64,000 nt of DNA, taken from NCBI RefSeq assembly GCF_001194135.2, contig NC_068990.1:78922799-78986798 (forward strand). Reading direction: 5' to 3'. Within the stretch, counting starts at the first letter, position 1. Each line of letters opens with the position of its first letter. The stretch comes from Octopus bimaculoides (Eukaryota). The notes below the pieces were generated by a model. That model saw only the letters and a program-made list of their open reading frames with translations, was not told the DNA's origin and did no database searches. A program made the translations under genes and the position numbers. Shown here piece after piece: positions 63,881-64,000 of the stretch.

Positions 63881-64000
63881 GTATGTATATATGTATGTAA
63901 GTATAATCAAATTAGACAGTGTGCTCTGCTTTTCACTCTTAGCAGAACAGTCCCCGTCTAAGACTGTGCTGTTCAATCTAGTTCAGATTAAAATTCAGAG

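Overview
AT-rich, gapped (many N runs) animal genomic DNA, dense in microsatellites and decayed mobile elements. The SINE families and repeat landscape look like an octopus/coleoid cephalopod draft assembly (inference). I find no host exon, tRNA, rRNA or CRISPR array that I can support, so the window reads as intronic or intergenic. It is dominated by about 17 fragments of R4/Dong-like non-LTR retrotransposons (RT, CCHC knuckle and restriction-like endonuclease). These fall into a main group that abuts (AAT)n on its sense strand and a second lineage (3 copies) tied to (CATA)n. Also present are a HERO-like fragment, CR1-group and RTE LINE pieces, Penelope-like (GIY-YIG) remnants, three mariner remnants and about four tRNA-derived SINE families. 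The most interesting signals are the lineage-specific microsatellite associations, several hammerhead-ribozyme-like relics, a diverged fold-back inverted repeat and a CpG-rich palindromic promoter-like island. All elements are frameshifted or truncated. Boundaries are approximate and were read by eye.
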